A stretch of 64,000 nt of DNA from Flectonema sp. DT1601 (Eukaryota): NCBI GenBank assembly GCA_964019425.1, contig OZ025789.1, positions 930,001 through 994,000 on the forward strand. The letters are read 5' to 3'. Under the pieces are notes generated by a model, which did no database searches, had not been told where the DNA came from, and was given only the letters and a program-made list of their open reading frames with translations. A program made the translations under genes and the position numbers. Every line of letters begins with the position of its first letter. Position 1 is the stretch's first letter. Shown here one piece after another: positions 10,948 to 23,267 of this stretch.

Positions 10948-12450
10948 CTATCGAGGTAGTAAGGGATTGCGTGTGATTGTTGAAGATTTTTTTGATTTTT
11001 TTAAGTTTTTTTTGTTTTCTGTTGCGGGTCCTTCCAACTCCTTCTCATTTGGTTTCGCTGCTGCTGTTTCAGAATCAGCAACGACACCTGCTATGTCGAG
11101 TTGGCGGAAAGAGCTGGCGGTGATTTGTTGTTGTTGCTGTTGTTTTTGGGATTTCTTACTGCGAGAAGCAAGCAAAGTTTCTCTCTTTAGTTGGCAGCTG
11201 ATAACAAGTTCAAATACTCGATACCAATCATCTCTGTGATCGTTGCTGCGAGCTTGAAAGAAGTATGAACCAGTACACTTAGTGACTAGTTTAAAACAGT
11301 ACATTCGACCACCTACTCCCTCAACAGCTTTCGCGACACTTGCTAGTTCTGATACGGGAATAGTGAGAACGGTATTGTCATCAGTTTTGTTGTTATAAAT
11401 TGTGACCTTTCCTCCTTGAACAGATACATATCTCTGTTGCCAGACTAATTTACTCCACAGAAGATTATGAACCCAAGTGTTCATTATTAAGTTTCCACTT
11501 CTCTTACGTTTTGTACCACCAGAGGGTTTGCTTTTCTTTTGTTGTCTACGTTGAGACTGTCCGAAGAGGTCGCTGTTTGTACCAATACTAGAGCTGAGTG
11601 ATGTTATTGTTCGTCGTATTGATGTGCTGTGAGTTGAATTACTTCTGTCTTGAGTTCTATCAATTATTTGGAATTCTTCTTCTTCAATGTTTTTATCATT
11701 ATCATCATCTTGATGTGGTTCAGAATATATGTGTAGCTCTTCTTTATCTTTATGGGTATTAACTTTCGATGGTGTTTCTTCCACTTCTATATTGTTATCG
11801 GTAGTGTTTGTATTCTCTTCTAATACGCATTCCTGAAGAACATCAGAGTCACCGTCTTTTTGTTGTTTTAGTTCGCAAGTATCATTTGCATCACTCCCAA
11901 CGCTATGGTCTATTGAGATTGTGTCACTCTCAGTATCAACACCGTCAGTGGGACTTAGAAATTGTTTCTCTCTACTATTCTCTAATTGCATTGACATTCC
12001 TCTCTTTGGAGTGTCTGGAAGATCGAAAACATGTAATTTATTATAACTACCTGAGTCTGATTTACTTGAATGCCGTCTGTGGAGGATTTCTGTATCGGAT
12101 GTCGGTGATGATAAATCTTGTGTCTCTGAAGGATGTGTAACAGAATCGACTTTTAAAAAGTTTAAATATTCTCTAGTTCCTTTACTGTTAACACTAAAGT
12201 TGTCATAATGGTGTTGACTTTCTTGACTTGTGCTTGTTGTGTGTCCAAGAGACGTTGATTGACTTGACCTGCTAGTATCTGTCCTCTCATGTTGTCTTCC
12301 TGAAAACCCGCTGTCAGTTGAGCTAAAGAAATCAGCTATTTCTCGACTGAGTGATGTTGACTTACGAAGTTGATCACTTTCCTGGTGTCTCAAAACACGA
12401 AGTTTTTGAACTGGTATACCCAAACCTGCTACAGCAACTCCGAGTTCCAT
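10948..12450 (-). CDS. PH-domain protein with long disordered Ser/acidic N-terminus
   Basis: ATG at 12450 (MELGVAV). C-terminal PH-like pattern WQQRYVSVQGGKVTIY...YCFKLVT...YFFQARSNDHRDDWYRVF. Confidence 0.75.
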   Translation of the reverse strand: MELGVAVAGLGIPVQKLRVLRHQESDQLRKSTSLSREIADFFSSTDSGFSGRQHERTDTSRSSQSTSLGHTTSTSQESQHHYDNFSVNSKGTREYLNFLKVDSVTHPSETQDLSSPTSDTEILHRRHSSKSDSGSYNKLHVFDLPDTPKRGMSMQLENSREKQFLSPTDGVDTESDTISIDHSVGSDANDTCELKQQKDGDSDVLQECVLEENTNTTDNNIEVEETPSKVNTHKDKEELHIYSEPHQDDDNDKNIEEEEFQIIDRTQDRSNSTHSTSIRRTITSLSSSIGTNSDLFGQSQRRQQKKSKPSGGTKRKRSGNLIMNTWVHNLLWSKLVWQQRYVSVQGGKVTIYNNKTDDNTVLTIPVSELASVAKAVEGVGGRMYCFKLVTKCTGSYFFQARSNDHRDDWYRVFELVISCQLKRETLLASRSKKSQKQQQQQQITASSFRQLDIAGVVADSETAAAKPNEKELEGPATENKKNLKKSKKSSTITRNPLLPR

Positions 12451-12807
12451 TGTGTGTGTATTCTGGTAATAAATATTTATTAACAATCAACGGAACGTTA
12501 TTAGCATCTCAATAAGTTTATTGTCTAAAGAAGAAGTAATAACTTAATCAACTGTGATCGACATCCTAATAATCATCTATCCTCCACAGCAAGATGGAAT
12601 ACCGTCTAACAAAGAACAGAGTAGGATAGAAACTACAAAACTGGGCAAACTTGTAAAACTGAAATAGTACAAATAACTAACTGAACAGTTGGGGAGGTGA
12701 ATACAAAAACAAGGGGATCCTTCGATACAAAGAAAAGAGACATTAAGAGGAGGAATTTTTTGAGAAAAGAAATCCTCCTCTTCTATCAAAAAAAAAAGAA
12801 AACTCAT

Positions 12808-14321
12808 TTAGTCCTCAGAGTTTATTGTTGTGTTTGGAGTTGCGCTGGCAACCTGGTTTTGGTTGTTTGTTTTCAGTCACGTCTTGGCGTTCTGTCACAG
12901 AATGATATAAAATAAATGCATACCTTAAGTCCACATCGTAGCAGGCATTGCGCAACTTGCTTCGCTGATGCTCGTTTTAGAACATTTTCAAACAGAGTCA
13001 GTTGATCATCAAGAGACGCACTCGTAAAGTCAGTCGAGGAATTACCCCCTGAGAGGATATTTGAAGAGGTGGCAGTGCTGGTTGGACGCTTTCTAGATTT
13101 GGACTTCTTCGTAGCAGCAGTGTACCCCCTGAGATATGCATCGTCTGTGATTGGTTTTAGTTCGGCTACGATGCGATTGTGAAAGGATTTCTTATTCTTC
13201 TCGAAGGTGCTTCTCAATCCCGACAGCAGCTGCACTAATTTCCAGTCGGCCATCGATTCACAATATTGGACATGAGCTCTGCACTCCTCAAGTATTATAT
13301 CTTTCCTCGAACTCATCGCTTCTGAATCGAGCTGTTTCAGTTTGCTTTGCTTTGCAACTTGAATCACAGCTCGGCATCTTTCCTCACTCTTGTTAAGTTC
13401 GATCCCGGATACAGACATATTTTTCAACGATGTATTTTCCGCTTTAAGCATGCTAATGGTAGATTTTGCTTCTCGGAGTGAGGCTGCAAGCTCACGTTGA
13501 TTTTTTTCAGACATTTCGATAGCGGAGTCGAAACCGTTGAGAAGGTTCTGTTCCACAGAACTAGTAGTGAAGTGTCGGAGTTGGTCCTGAGTGTTAGTGA
13601 GTTCTGTTCTGAGATCTGTGATGGTAGCTGACCTTTGTTTATCATCAATTTTACATTCTTCAAGTTCTCGTTGAAGTAGTTGAATGTGTTCGTATTGCTG
13701 TTTTATTTTTGAGACATGACCTTCTGTGATAACTTTATTACTCGCATTCTCATTACTATCAGCCCTGTTCGTCTCATCACGTATTCTAAATTGAGTCTGA
13801 AGTTCATCATTCTGTTGTTGATAAGATGAAATAGACCTAGCACGAGCTTTTAATAATGCGTCCTTTGCGATGACTGTTTGAGTTTGTTTTCGAAGTTCCG
13901 ATAGAAGAGATGTATTTTGTGATGTCAGTGATTGGATTTGCTTTTTGTAATTCGATGATTCGGTTCTTTGAAGTGATACCTGTTGTCTGATTGTTGAGAG
14001 GTCTATTTTAGGAATGTGATTACCTCCTCTGAATGTTAGAATAGTATCTTCCATATCAGATACTTGCTGTAGGAGTTCATCTCTCTCACGTTGAATTATT
14101 CTCACGAGTTCGCTTAGCTCTTCAACTGTTGCTCTTAGTTTTGAATTATCGAAGTATTGAACTTCCAATTCCATTCCTCCAGACATCATTAATCTGTCTC
14201 CAGATATTACTGACTTCGAAGTAGTACTTCGAGGGGATCCACCACCACCACCACCACTGCTACCAACTGATCTACTTGCTGGTGTTAATGTCAAAGGTAA
14301 CACATTCTCAGCTCCATTCAT
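12808..14321 (-). CDS. Coiled-coil protein; one predicted intron 12853-12923
   Basis: Long heptad-rich ORF. Donor AAG|GTATGC and acceptor aaacaaccaaaaccag| give in-frame last exon VASATPNTTINSED*. Confidence 0.7.
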
Positions 14322-14955
14322 TTATACTTAGCGACGAGAAGAGTGCATTTGTTGAGGATTGTTGAATGCCTGGAGGGGAAAGGTAAAAATAAATAATTAA
14401 AATAAAACAAAAACATAACTACCGACGTCAAAGATACGAGTGAAACTTCTTGTTTCTCGGTAACATAGAAACATTTCACTGAATGAAAATACGAAACAAA
14501 AGAGGACCCGTGCAGTGGTACCTGCTGATCTTCAGCTCACCAACTGCAACCGACGCGAAGATATCACGTATCAGGTGAGAGGTTGCTTTTTGATTTTTAA
14601 AAAAAAATTAAAAAAAAAAATCAAATTGCTTTTTCGAATTGTAACAATAATATATATGAGGAACAGATAGACAAAAAGAAACAAAACCGGAAAAAAAAAA
14701 AGAATTTTTTTTTTATTATTATTATTATGATTTATCTGACAAAAAAAAAAAAAAAAAAAAAAATAAGAAAATCCCCCCTCTCGTGAAATTTTAATAAAAG
14801 AAGCAATTCTCCGCTCTAGTAAAAGAGAGGCCAATTTTGGCTTTTTTTTTTTTTTTGACTACAATTTAGTGTCGATCAAAGTGGAATATTGCACATCTTC
14901 CTAAGAAGAAGAAGACGTAAAGAAACTCAGTCATTAAGTGTTTGAAGGGAAAGTG

Positions 14956-17079
14956 CTATTTCATGTCTGGTGCTGTCTGCGGCTGCGTCTGCGGCTGCGT
15001 CTGCGGCTGCGTCTGCGGCTGCGTCTGCGGCTGCGTCTGCGGCTGCGTCTGCGGCTGCGTCTGCGGCTGCGTCTGCGGCTGCGTCTGCGGCTGCGTCTGC
15101 GGCTGCGTCTGCGGCTGCGTCTGCGTCTGCGGCTGCGGCTGCGTCTGCGGCTGCGGCTGCGTCTGCGGCTGCGTCTGCGGCTGCGGCTGCGGCTGCGGCT
15201 GCGGCTGCGGCTGCGGCTGCGGCTGCGGCTGCGGCTGCGGCTGCGTCTGCGTCTGCGGCTGCGGTTGCAGCTGCGTCTTGTAGGAAGAGCTCGTGTACGG
15301 ATCTTCCTCAAACTGTTCCTTTCTAAAAACAAAGAAATACGACACAGCAGCTATAATAATAATAGCACAAACACAACCCAACACAATACCAGCAATTGTT
15401 CCAGCGCTGATGTCATCGTCCTCAGGGATGATGGGTGCTGGAGTAGCAGAACAAACCCCACCAGGACCATAGACGTATCCAGGTAAGCACTCCAATGCCC
15501 TGCAAGTATTAGAGCCCTTGAATCCAACAGTAATTAACACACCTGACTTATAAGCGCATCCGTATCCAGAAGCTTCTACTGCACCCACCAGGTACGTCGC
15601 CGATCTGTTGATGTACAACCTACCAGGACCATCAATAATTCTGCTCTCAAGATTTGCAAAGTTTGGATTAAATGCAGTTGCGACAGTCGCTGTAGCGAGT
15701 ACCGCTACTTGGACATTGTAGCTGTTTGTTTGTTTTTATGTACTAATATGTGAGTGTGTGTACACTTGCAATGCACTTCAGATATTGTAAAGGAAGTATT
15801 CAATTAAACTATTACAACAATCATGAGACGGTACTAAATTGGAACACACATGTTGCATTAACCCCCCCGGAATATCTGTTCTAAATCCGATATAAAAACA
15901 ATACGAAAACAGTACATACCTAGTAGTAGTCCCACTCACTGTTTCACAAAATTGAAATATTCTCACCTCACTAAAAAGGTTCCCAACGAGCGCTAAGAAC
16001 TCCGCCTTGAATGCCGCGGCTGTGCCATCTGTGACGTCGCAAATTACATCAAGAAATACCAACGACAGAATATATACTTGTTCTGTCAATCCTGTTATTG
16101 TTATAATGTTTAATGACTTGGTAATAACACATTCTATTAATAAACAACACTGACACACACCATTAACTATCTGTCCCTCCTCAGTGTTGAAGCAGCTGCT
16201 AAAAGTTGACGAAGCAGTCTGAGACACGGTTGTACCAACGTAGTTTTTATATATTGAGCCGGTCGTGCAACGACATGTTGCAGACTGATCACTGCGTAGG
16301 CAAGTAGCTTTTCGGTCTCCGTGTCTTCTGCAGTTGTCGTTGACGTTGCAAATTCGGAGTGTTGATGCATCTTGTATGCCCTGAGTACAAGCACCAATTG
16401 AATTAAAACCAAAACCAGGACTACAAATAATATCAGTACACATCATCAATGGACCTGATTTGAGAACTTCACGAAATCGAGCATTCGCAGTCGAAGGACA
16501 CCACAGTGAACTCGACCTCAAAAATGACAATCTGGTATAGCCAACCATCCCTCCAGCAAGGGGTGGTATTTCATTACTATTTATAGCATCACTGACAGCA
16601 GTTGGAAACAACAACAAACTGGTGTTAAAAATTCCTTTTAAAGTCACATTTAACACCATCGATGAATAGATACCTCCACTAATACAAGAATGTCTTATTG
16701 ATTTGATTTGTGGGCTGAGTTGGGACTTAGAAAACGACCAATACGAAGCCGTAACATCACCAATACCTTCACAACGTATGTTATTTGTGTAGAGAGACAT
16801 TACTAGCGATAGAGGTTTTAGTGTGTCAAAGTTCGTGGTATCCATCCGTGGGTAGCACGTCTTTATACTTTGTAAACCGTTAGAAGAGACATAGAAATCA
16901 AAATTTTCGCTGCATGAACACCATGACCTCTCTCCTTGGATTTTGCAAGATGCTCTTGAATCTCCAAAAATTTGACAATCTTCATTTATAAAACAGGTTG
17001 AGATATCACTCGGTGTGTAATCCGCAGTCGATAATAAAACTATATATAATATCCCACACAAAACATATTTATATTTCAT
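14956..17079 (-). CDS. Cys-rich type I membrane protein with PQ/TQ-repeat cytoplasmic tail; introns 16092-16160 and 15722-15919
   Basis: Signal peptide MKYKYVLCGILYIVLLS; two related Cys modules (C..N.DC...GD..A.C...C.C). Splicing joins the ORFs 15778-17133 and 14956-15618 in frame (TTTS|YNVQV). TM segment IAGIVLGCVCAIIIIAAVSYFFVF. Confidence 0.8.
14975..15278. repeat. GC-rich coding minisatellite: 12-bp (CAGACGCAGCCG) and 6-bp (CAGCCG) units encoding (QTQP)n/(QP)n
   Basis: Directly visible as ctgcggctgcgt repeats on the + strand. Confidence 0.95.
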
Positions 17080-17280
17080 TTTTTTTTTGTGTTGAGGAAC
17101 TGACAATGTGAAATAGCTAACACACAACAACATCCATTCCCATCTTCAACAAATATGAAAATAAATGCGATTTAAACAGAACGACTAAAACAATAAGATT
17201 TCTAAACAAATAAGTGTAACTGATATGGTATAATTTATTTTTTTTTTTCGGACGTTTTCATTCAAAAGAAGATGAGGATC

Positions 17281-20131
17281 TCACACTTTATAAAGACAAG
17301 TTCTAAGTGAGTATCCTCTCTGAGTTAATAATTTTCTCATTTTCGCGATGCAATCAGATTTCGTGAATAACATAAAACAGACAACGTAGTCAACGTCCTC
17401 GTGATCTCTGTACACCGACATCGTCATTTTTGAATTATGAGCATCAAGCTGTGTTGGTTGCCAGATGTGATTAGAAAAATGACCAGGATAGTCCCACAAA
17501 GCACCTATCTTATCACCGCATGGGTTTAAGACTTGCCAACAACGTCCAGTTGGTTTTCGACTGCATATCGACATGGGTGCTGCGAAATCAAACTCATTGT
17601 GAGATAGTCGATGGTATAAATAATCAAATGAATCAGACATAGCGATGTGTTCTAACAGCGCACCCTCGTTGTTTAAATCATAGATGGTGCAGTTTAGGAA
17701 TTTATGTGTCTTTTTACTGTTAGAGTTCGAAACGGGTACAATGAACCCTGATCTGCATTGGATGGTAGCGGACAGTACTGGTCCACAGTAAACATCTAGA
17801 GTTCTGCATGTCTTGTGTTCAATCATTGTAATTTGTTCTCTTGTTGCTGCGATGTCTGGTAAGATGTCATCTATACCTGTTGGTTGTATTATTTTATATA
17901 AAAAAGAAATTGGCTTTTATCTTAAATAACTATACAGAAAAACAGTAATATAACAACTGTGATGTGTTTTTTTGTTTGTGTCACGAAACCGACTTAAAAC
18001 TGATAAAGCTAAAGGAGGTTTACGTGTGCTGCCCAACATTCTTTTAATACTTGTTAAATGCAAAAAAGAACCATACTGTTCGTTTTCAAAAATAGAAGCA
18101 AACACATACCAATATCAGCTTTCTTACCTTCTTGTTTAGCAACAGTAACGAGAACAGATAACTCTTCAGCTGGTCTCATAGGATCTATCGATACTTTTCC
18201 AGTTTCATCAGTCGTGGTGCAAAAACATCGAATTAAGATGCGAAGAAATGATTTGAAATCAATGCATGATTCAGTTCTAACTCCAAGGTTTTGATCATTC
18301 TTACCAGACCCTGATGCACCTGATAATGGAGGTAACACCTGTTGTTGCATTACTTCTTGAAAAAATGGTTCATCACTCACTTGAGTACCATCAGCCATGT
18401 ATAGTTTTTCAACAATTCCATAATCAGTTTTAAACTTCCTCCATTTATCAAGAACTAAGAATCGAGTGTTTCTTCGATCTTTGTAACAAACTAACGATGA
18501 GAATAGTTTTTGTAATTTTGTGATGAGAGTGTCGTCGATGTACCAAACTGGACAGGTATCCCTAACAGTAAATAACTGACCAGGAACGGTCTCAGAATAT
18601 CTAACTCGATCATTACTAACATCAACTAAGAAGGTTGAGTACATTCCAATTTCTACGGTCCATAAATGAGTTTGAGTATCGTATCTGATTACAACATTTA
18701 TTTGTGAAGGTTCGACTGATGGAAGAGTCAGAGCCACTCTTTTCGGTTTCACAGTATGAGCTCGTAACGCAAACGGTGGTATTATCTTGTTTATGTCTGA
18801 GAATCTAACAAGAACGTCTCTCTTGGTACAGAAATTAGATCCATCGATAGTGACGTCGATGTCACCAGAGCCTGGAGATATGTATGGACGACAAGCAGCA
18901 TGTTCACTGTTATTTCTTAGTATCGGAACACCTTTTGGAACCCAGTCACAGTCTGATGATAATTCCCTTGAAAATATTTTTTGATAAAACGGAGAAAAAG
19001 ATCTAAACAAAGACTCAACTCTACTGGTAATAGTCGGTGACTCAACCATGTCAGTATGGACCACCATGGAAACCCTTAACATAACATCAATAAATGTCTG
19101 TTTATCAAGAAGAATATCCTGATAAGTCATCTCTCCTAAGCCTCCAGATTGAGATCCTCTCCGAGAAATATTAGCATAGGTACATTCTTGCATTTCAAGA
19201 GGTGTGTTTGGATTCACAATTATTTTTCCAAAACACGCTACTTGAAGAATTTTTGATATTTGAACAGAATTAATCAATTTTGGGTAAAGACCGAATTCTT
19301 TACAAAAATCAATGAACTCATCGACTTCGACATTCGCATCCAATACTTTTAAAACATCATAACTAAGTGTTTTATTGCCATGTTGATCCAATGATTTATA
19401 TCGTTGGAATATTCGTTCAATGGGAGCATCGTAGATGCAGAGTAGTCGATCAATGTCGAGGGATTGTAAAAGGTCATCACCAGGTTGACATCCATCATTT
19501 TGATTTCTTCTAATCGACTCGTCAACCCATTTGCTTATGTGTGTTTCAAATAATTCTTGTAGAGCATGTCGGTGTTTACCATCCAGATGCGGATGTTTTT
19601 GAAATGCTGTTTTTTTTTTTTTGTTGTTGAGTTTTTTTTAGTTTTTTTAAAATATTGGATATAATAACAAAAAAAAAAAAACCTACCAATATGAACCAAT
19701 ACTTTAGTAAAGCGAACGATGTCTAAGTTTCCTTCAGAATCAACAGACCAATCTACCAAAGTCATGTATCGGGATTGCTCTTTATCAGTTGTTATTAGCT
19801 TGCATTGTTTCGCCCAGTGTTGAAATAATTTTCTATCCATTTTCTTTTTTTCTAAATAATCACCATGATCCAAAGCATGTGAGAATAACACCATTATAAC
19901 CGAAAGCATTCCTTCCCTACCATCAGATAAGATTAGCTCAATGCTAGTTTTCTCCATGTCACCTTCTTTGTAAAGGTTATTTATCATTTCACTAATTAAT
20001 TTATTTGCGACTGAAGCAGCTGATTGCCTTCTAGCACCTCCTTCCTTTCGTACCCATGAAGCTGGAGATCCCATTCTTCGAGTACTGCTATTACGTCGCA
20101 CTGGGATACTCGCAGAGCTCATGCGACGCAT
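17281..20131 (-). CDS. Large multidomain protein with EF-hand/p25alpha-like helical modules and an IPT/TIG-like domain; introns 19607-19686 and 17877-18109
   Basis: Two GT-AG introns join three ORFs in frame (VHI|AFQKH; DI|GIDDILP). PYISPGSGDIDVTIDGSNF resembles IPT/TIG. Domain calls are tentative. Confidence 0.7.
17901..18066. repeat. Dispersed ~165-bp repeat, copy A (inside intron 17877-18109)
   Basis: Near-identical to 47354-47525 (gaaattggcttt...tcacgaaaccgacttaaaactga...aaaggaggtttacgtg...aatacttgttaaatgc). Confidence 0.9.
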
Positions 20132-20281
20132 TTTTTTAAATTTATTTTATCTGAAATTTAGTCATCGCTTTTAAGAAAGAAGGGGAAATAATTTTTTTTT
20201 TTCATCACTGAAGATGCGAATAATCGATGTGCAGGTTGGCACAGAAGTACCACCGCAATATTTTTATATAAGTGAGAATAA

Positions 20282-21148
20282 CTACGAAGTCCTAACTACG
20301 TCAGAAGTATAACAGAGCTTGATGTCGTGTTGCTCAAGCATTTGATGAATATCTGTCGCAGATGATAAGAATCCTCCTTTTCCGATTCCCTCTCCAGCAA
20401 AGTAGAATGGACGACTTGCATCAAACACAATATGAATACCACTCTTACCCATTTGATGAGCACAACAGGCTGTGTCAATAACTCCAAAATCGAATGGTAC
20501 ACCACAAACGAATATACGAGAACCCTCAGGTGCTCCCCAAAGTATTTCTTTGATAGGAACCTTACGAAGGATTGATCTGATGTCTGGATGAGCGTTAATA
20601 TCGTCGGATAGATTTGAGCATCTCAGTTCGAATGCTCCCGTCCAGTCAGTCATTGGTTTACTGGGATCAGCCATCGTTAGTCTCTGTAATGCAAACTGTG
20701 GAGCATACGGAATGGCACCACTTGATGAGATTTGTTCACAAAAACCTTTAAAACAGATGTGAACGTTGTTCTCTTTTCGTTCATGAGCTCGACGCATTGC
20801 CAATGACAACGCCTCTCCAATCTCATCACAGAAATACGAACCAGAAGTCCCTTGAACACAATGTCTTGGGAATGCTGCTCTCCTTCCAGTAAAAGAACAA
20901 TGACTAATAGGATGATAGGCCTTCACAGCAATGATCTTTGATCCTGTTTGAGAAGCATGGCCTATCAGTCTCGCTATTTCCGGAATAACAGCTTCACATT
21001 CAACAACCTCCATAGGTCCTCCTTCCATCATATCATTTTGCATATCCAGCACGATAAGCACGTCGTGGATTTTCATTTCTCGTTCGATCTTCTTTGCGGA
21101 GCTGCCCGCTTCCGCCAGCATTGATGCCCATTCGGTAAGGACCCGCAT
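20282..21148 (-). CDS. Nicotinamidase/isochorismatase-family homologue, probably catalytically inactive
   Basis: LDMQND, HPxxHxSF, FPRHCVQGT and FKG motifs of PncA present; the nucleophile region reads GVPFDFGV instead of GxATDYCV. Confidence 0.85.
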   Translation of the reverse strand: MRVLTEWASMLAEAGSSAKKIEREMKIHDVLIVLDMQNDMMEGGPMEVVECEAVIPEIARLIGHASQTGSKIIAVKAYHPISHCSFTGRRAAFPRHCVQGTSGSYFCDEIGEALSLAMRRAHERKENNVHICFKGFCEQISSSGAIPYAPQFALQRLTMADPSKPMTDWTGAFELRCSNLSDDINAHPDIRSILRKVPIKEILWGAPEGSRIFVCGVPFDFGVIDTACCAHQMGKSGIHIVFDASRPFYFAGEGIGKGGFLSSATDIHQMLEQHDIKLCYTSDVVRTS

Positions 21149-22083
21149 GGCATAAAACCTGATAAAGGAAAGTATAACATGATCTCATCACATAATAATT
21201 GTGGAATAGCTGCAGTCAGACAACTGCTAACGAACGACTACTCGAACACACACGATGCTCGTGGATACTGTCCTTGCTACCGTGTATCGAGTATTACTGT
21301 TTAATATAACAAAAGGATGACTATGAGTGAGGATAGTCATTCCTATTGTCACAAGTACGTTTTTAACTAATTCTACAGCGACACTGCAATGCAGGATAGT
21401 AGATCAGCTGAGGACGGAAGTTGATTATAACGAAAACGAATATTCCTCTTTAAAGTGTTTACAGACACTAACTGTGTTGTGTCACCAATTCCCACCCAAA
21501 AGATCGAAAGGTGGAGGGGGCAGCAATACGGAAAAAAAAAAAAAAAAACGGGGTGGATAATTGTAACATCGTAATAGAAGAAAATCCAAACCACCAAAAC
21601 ACAAAAACAGGAGGACGAAAACTTTGCTCTGCACCCCAACAGAAAACAAGATTCCACTCGCATAAAACAAAACGTATGATAACTTCAATGGGTACATCAC
21701 ACTAACGGCATTGGCACATCGCCTGCCTAACAGTAATGATTAGTTGGCCCATAAAAAGATTCTCAATCCCAAGAACACATCCAAAAGTATTATTTCATTA
21801 GATCCACAGAAAGACATGTTATGCAGCATTCAAAACAGAGCTCAACCCAATCACTCTCTAAAGGAGATCAGCGTTCACGTACGATGAGTGACTCTAATTG
21901 CTACCTCAAGTGTAATGTAGTAGTAGCGCACAGCAATCGATAAAAAGGATCTTTAAAAAACAAAAGAACTTATCATTTGGTAGAAGCCGATAAACAGGTA
22001 CCCCAATTACTTCTGTGAAGGTTTTGTTTTCATTAGAAACAAACAGGAACGTGACGTGCGAGTTTAGTATATTTTAACAATGT

Positions 22084-22911
22084 TTATAATTTTGCTTTTT
22101 TAGGAGCACCAAGTTGCCTTGACTTATCAGTAGCAGCAGTAACAGCTCTGATCACAGCATGACGTAGACCATGTTCTTCCAGAGCGCTTACTGCTTCAAT
22201 GGTAGTACCTCCAGGAGAGCAGACCTCGTCTTTTAGAACCATCGGGTGTTTTGAGGTACTCAGTTGCATCTTCGCCCCTCCTAGTACTGTTTGAGTTGCT
22301 AATTTAATTGCTGTAGCACGTGGTAATCCTGCTCTAACACCACCATCAGCTAGAGCTTCAATAAAAAGATAAACATATGCGATTCCTGAACCAGCAACAC
22401 CAGTTGCTGCGTCAAGAAGATCTTCACTTTTAAGGAACGTTGCGATTCCACAAGAGTTGAGTAGTTGTTCAGTGATGCGAATATCTTCTTCAGTGCAAGA
22501 AGCTGATGGTGTGAATGATGAGGCGGATTCACCAACTAGACAGGCGGTGTTTGGCATCACTCTCACCCAACGAATAGAACTGTTGCCGAATTCTGAAAGA
22601 CTTTGTAACTTTACTCCAGCAGCTATCGATATGACTAACTTATTAGAAAGTTCTGAATGAATCTCTCTAAGAACTGGTTGAATAACATTAGGCTTCAGAC
22701 ATATAACTGAGATGTCAGAAGCTCTCGCAGCCTCTAACGCACTGTCAGTGGCTCTCACTCCCAATTCCATCGCTCTTTCTCTTGCTGCTGGTAGAAGATC
22801 AGCTACGACGACGTCGTTCTTTGAGACGATTCCTTTTTCCAACATTCCTCCTAACATCGCACTTCCCATTGCCCCACCTCCAATGAATGAGATTTTCTTT
22901 TGAAGTGACAT
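22084..22911 (-). CDS. proC: Pyrroline-5-carboxylate reductase
   Basis: FIGGGAMG Rossmann motif, ISIAAG, RVMPNT, GSGIAY, EALADGGV, VCSPGGTTIEA. C-terminal -AKL is PTS1-like. Confidence 0.97.
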   Translation of the reverse strand: MSLQKKISFIGGGAMGSAMLGGMLEKGIVSKNDVVVADLLPAARERAMELGVRATDSALEAARASDISVICLKPNVIQPVLREIHSELSNKLVISIAAGVKLQSLSEFGNSSIRWVRVMPNTACLVGESASSFTPSASCTEEDIRITEQLLNSCGIATFLKSEDLLDAATGVAGSGIAYVYLFIEALADGGVRAGLPRATAIKLATQTVLGGAKMQLSTSKHPMVLKDEVCSPGGTTIEAVSALEEHGLRHAVIRAVTAATDKSRQLGAPKKAKL

Positions 22912-23267
22912 TGTTTGTAAGATTCTTATGCTGTGATAATGATTAAAATAATAAAGAAGATCGCGGTCATACTTATCTTCAGTTTCTTCATCTTCTGAAG
23001 CTGCGAAACAATTAGTTTATAAAAAAGAACGTAAAACCCAAACTCCATAATTGGACTCTATGAAATAATTAAAATAGCAACAAACTTTTATTTTTTTTCA
23101 ATGAAAAAAAAAAAAAAAAGATTTTTTTAAAAAATATATAATAAAACCCTAACGGTCAATTGACACAATAACAAAAATGTCTTCCTAGTCTACAGAAAAC
23201 AGATAACAGAATAAAAAAAAAAGATACAGGTAAAGTTGAACAGAAGCTACAAGGTGAGAACAACTAT

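Noticed and set aside
14938..15486. Poly-RL, poly-CG, poly-A and poly-RS ORFs in other frames
   Set aside because: By-products of a stop-free minisatellite; only the PQ/TQ frame connects to the TM protein.
17925..17950. Spliced-leader relic (tatacagaaa resembles the reverse complement of SL TTTCTGTA)
   Set aside because: Match too short; the rest of the SL exon is absent.
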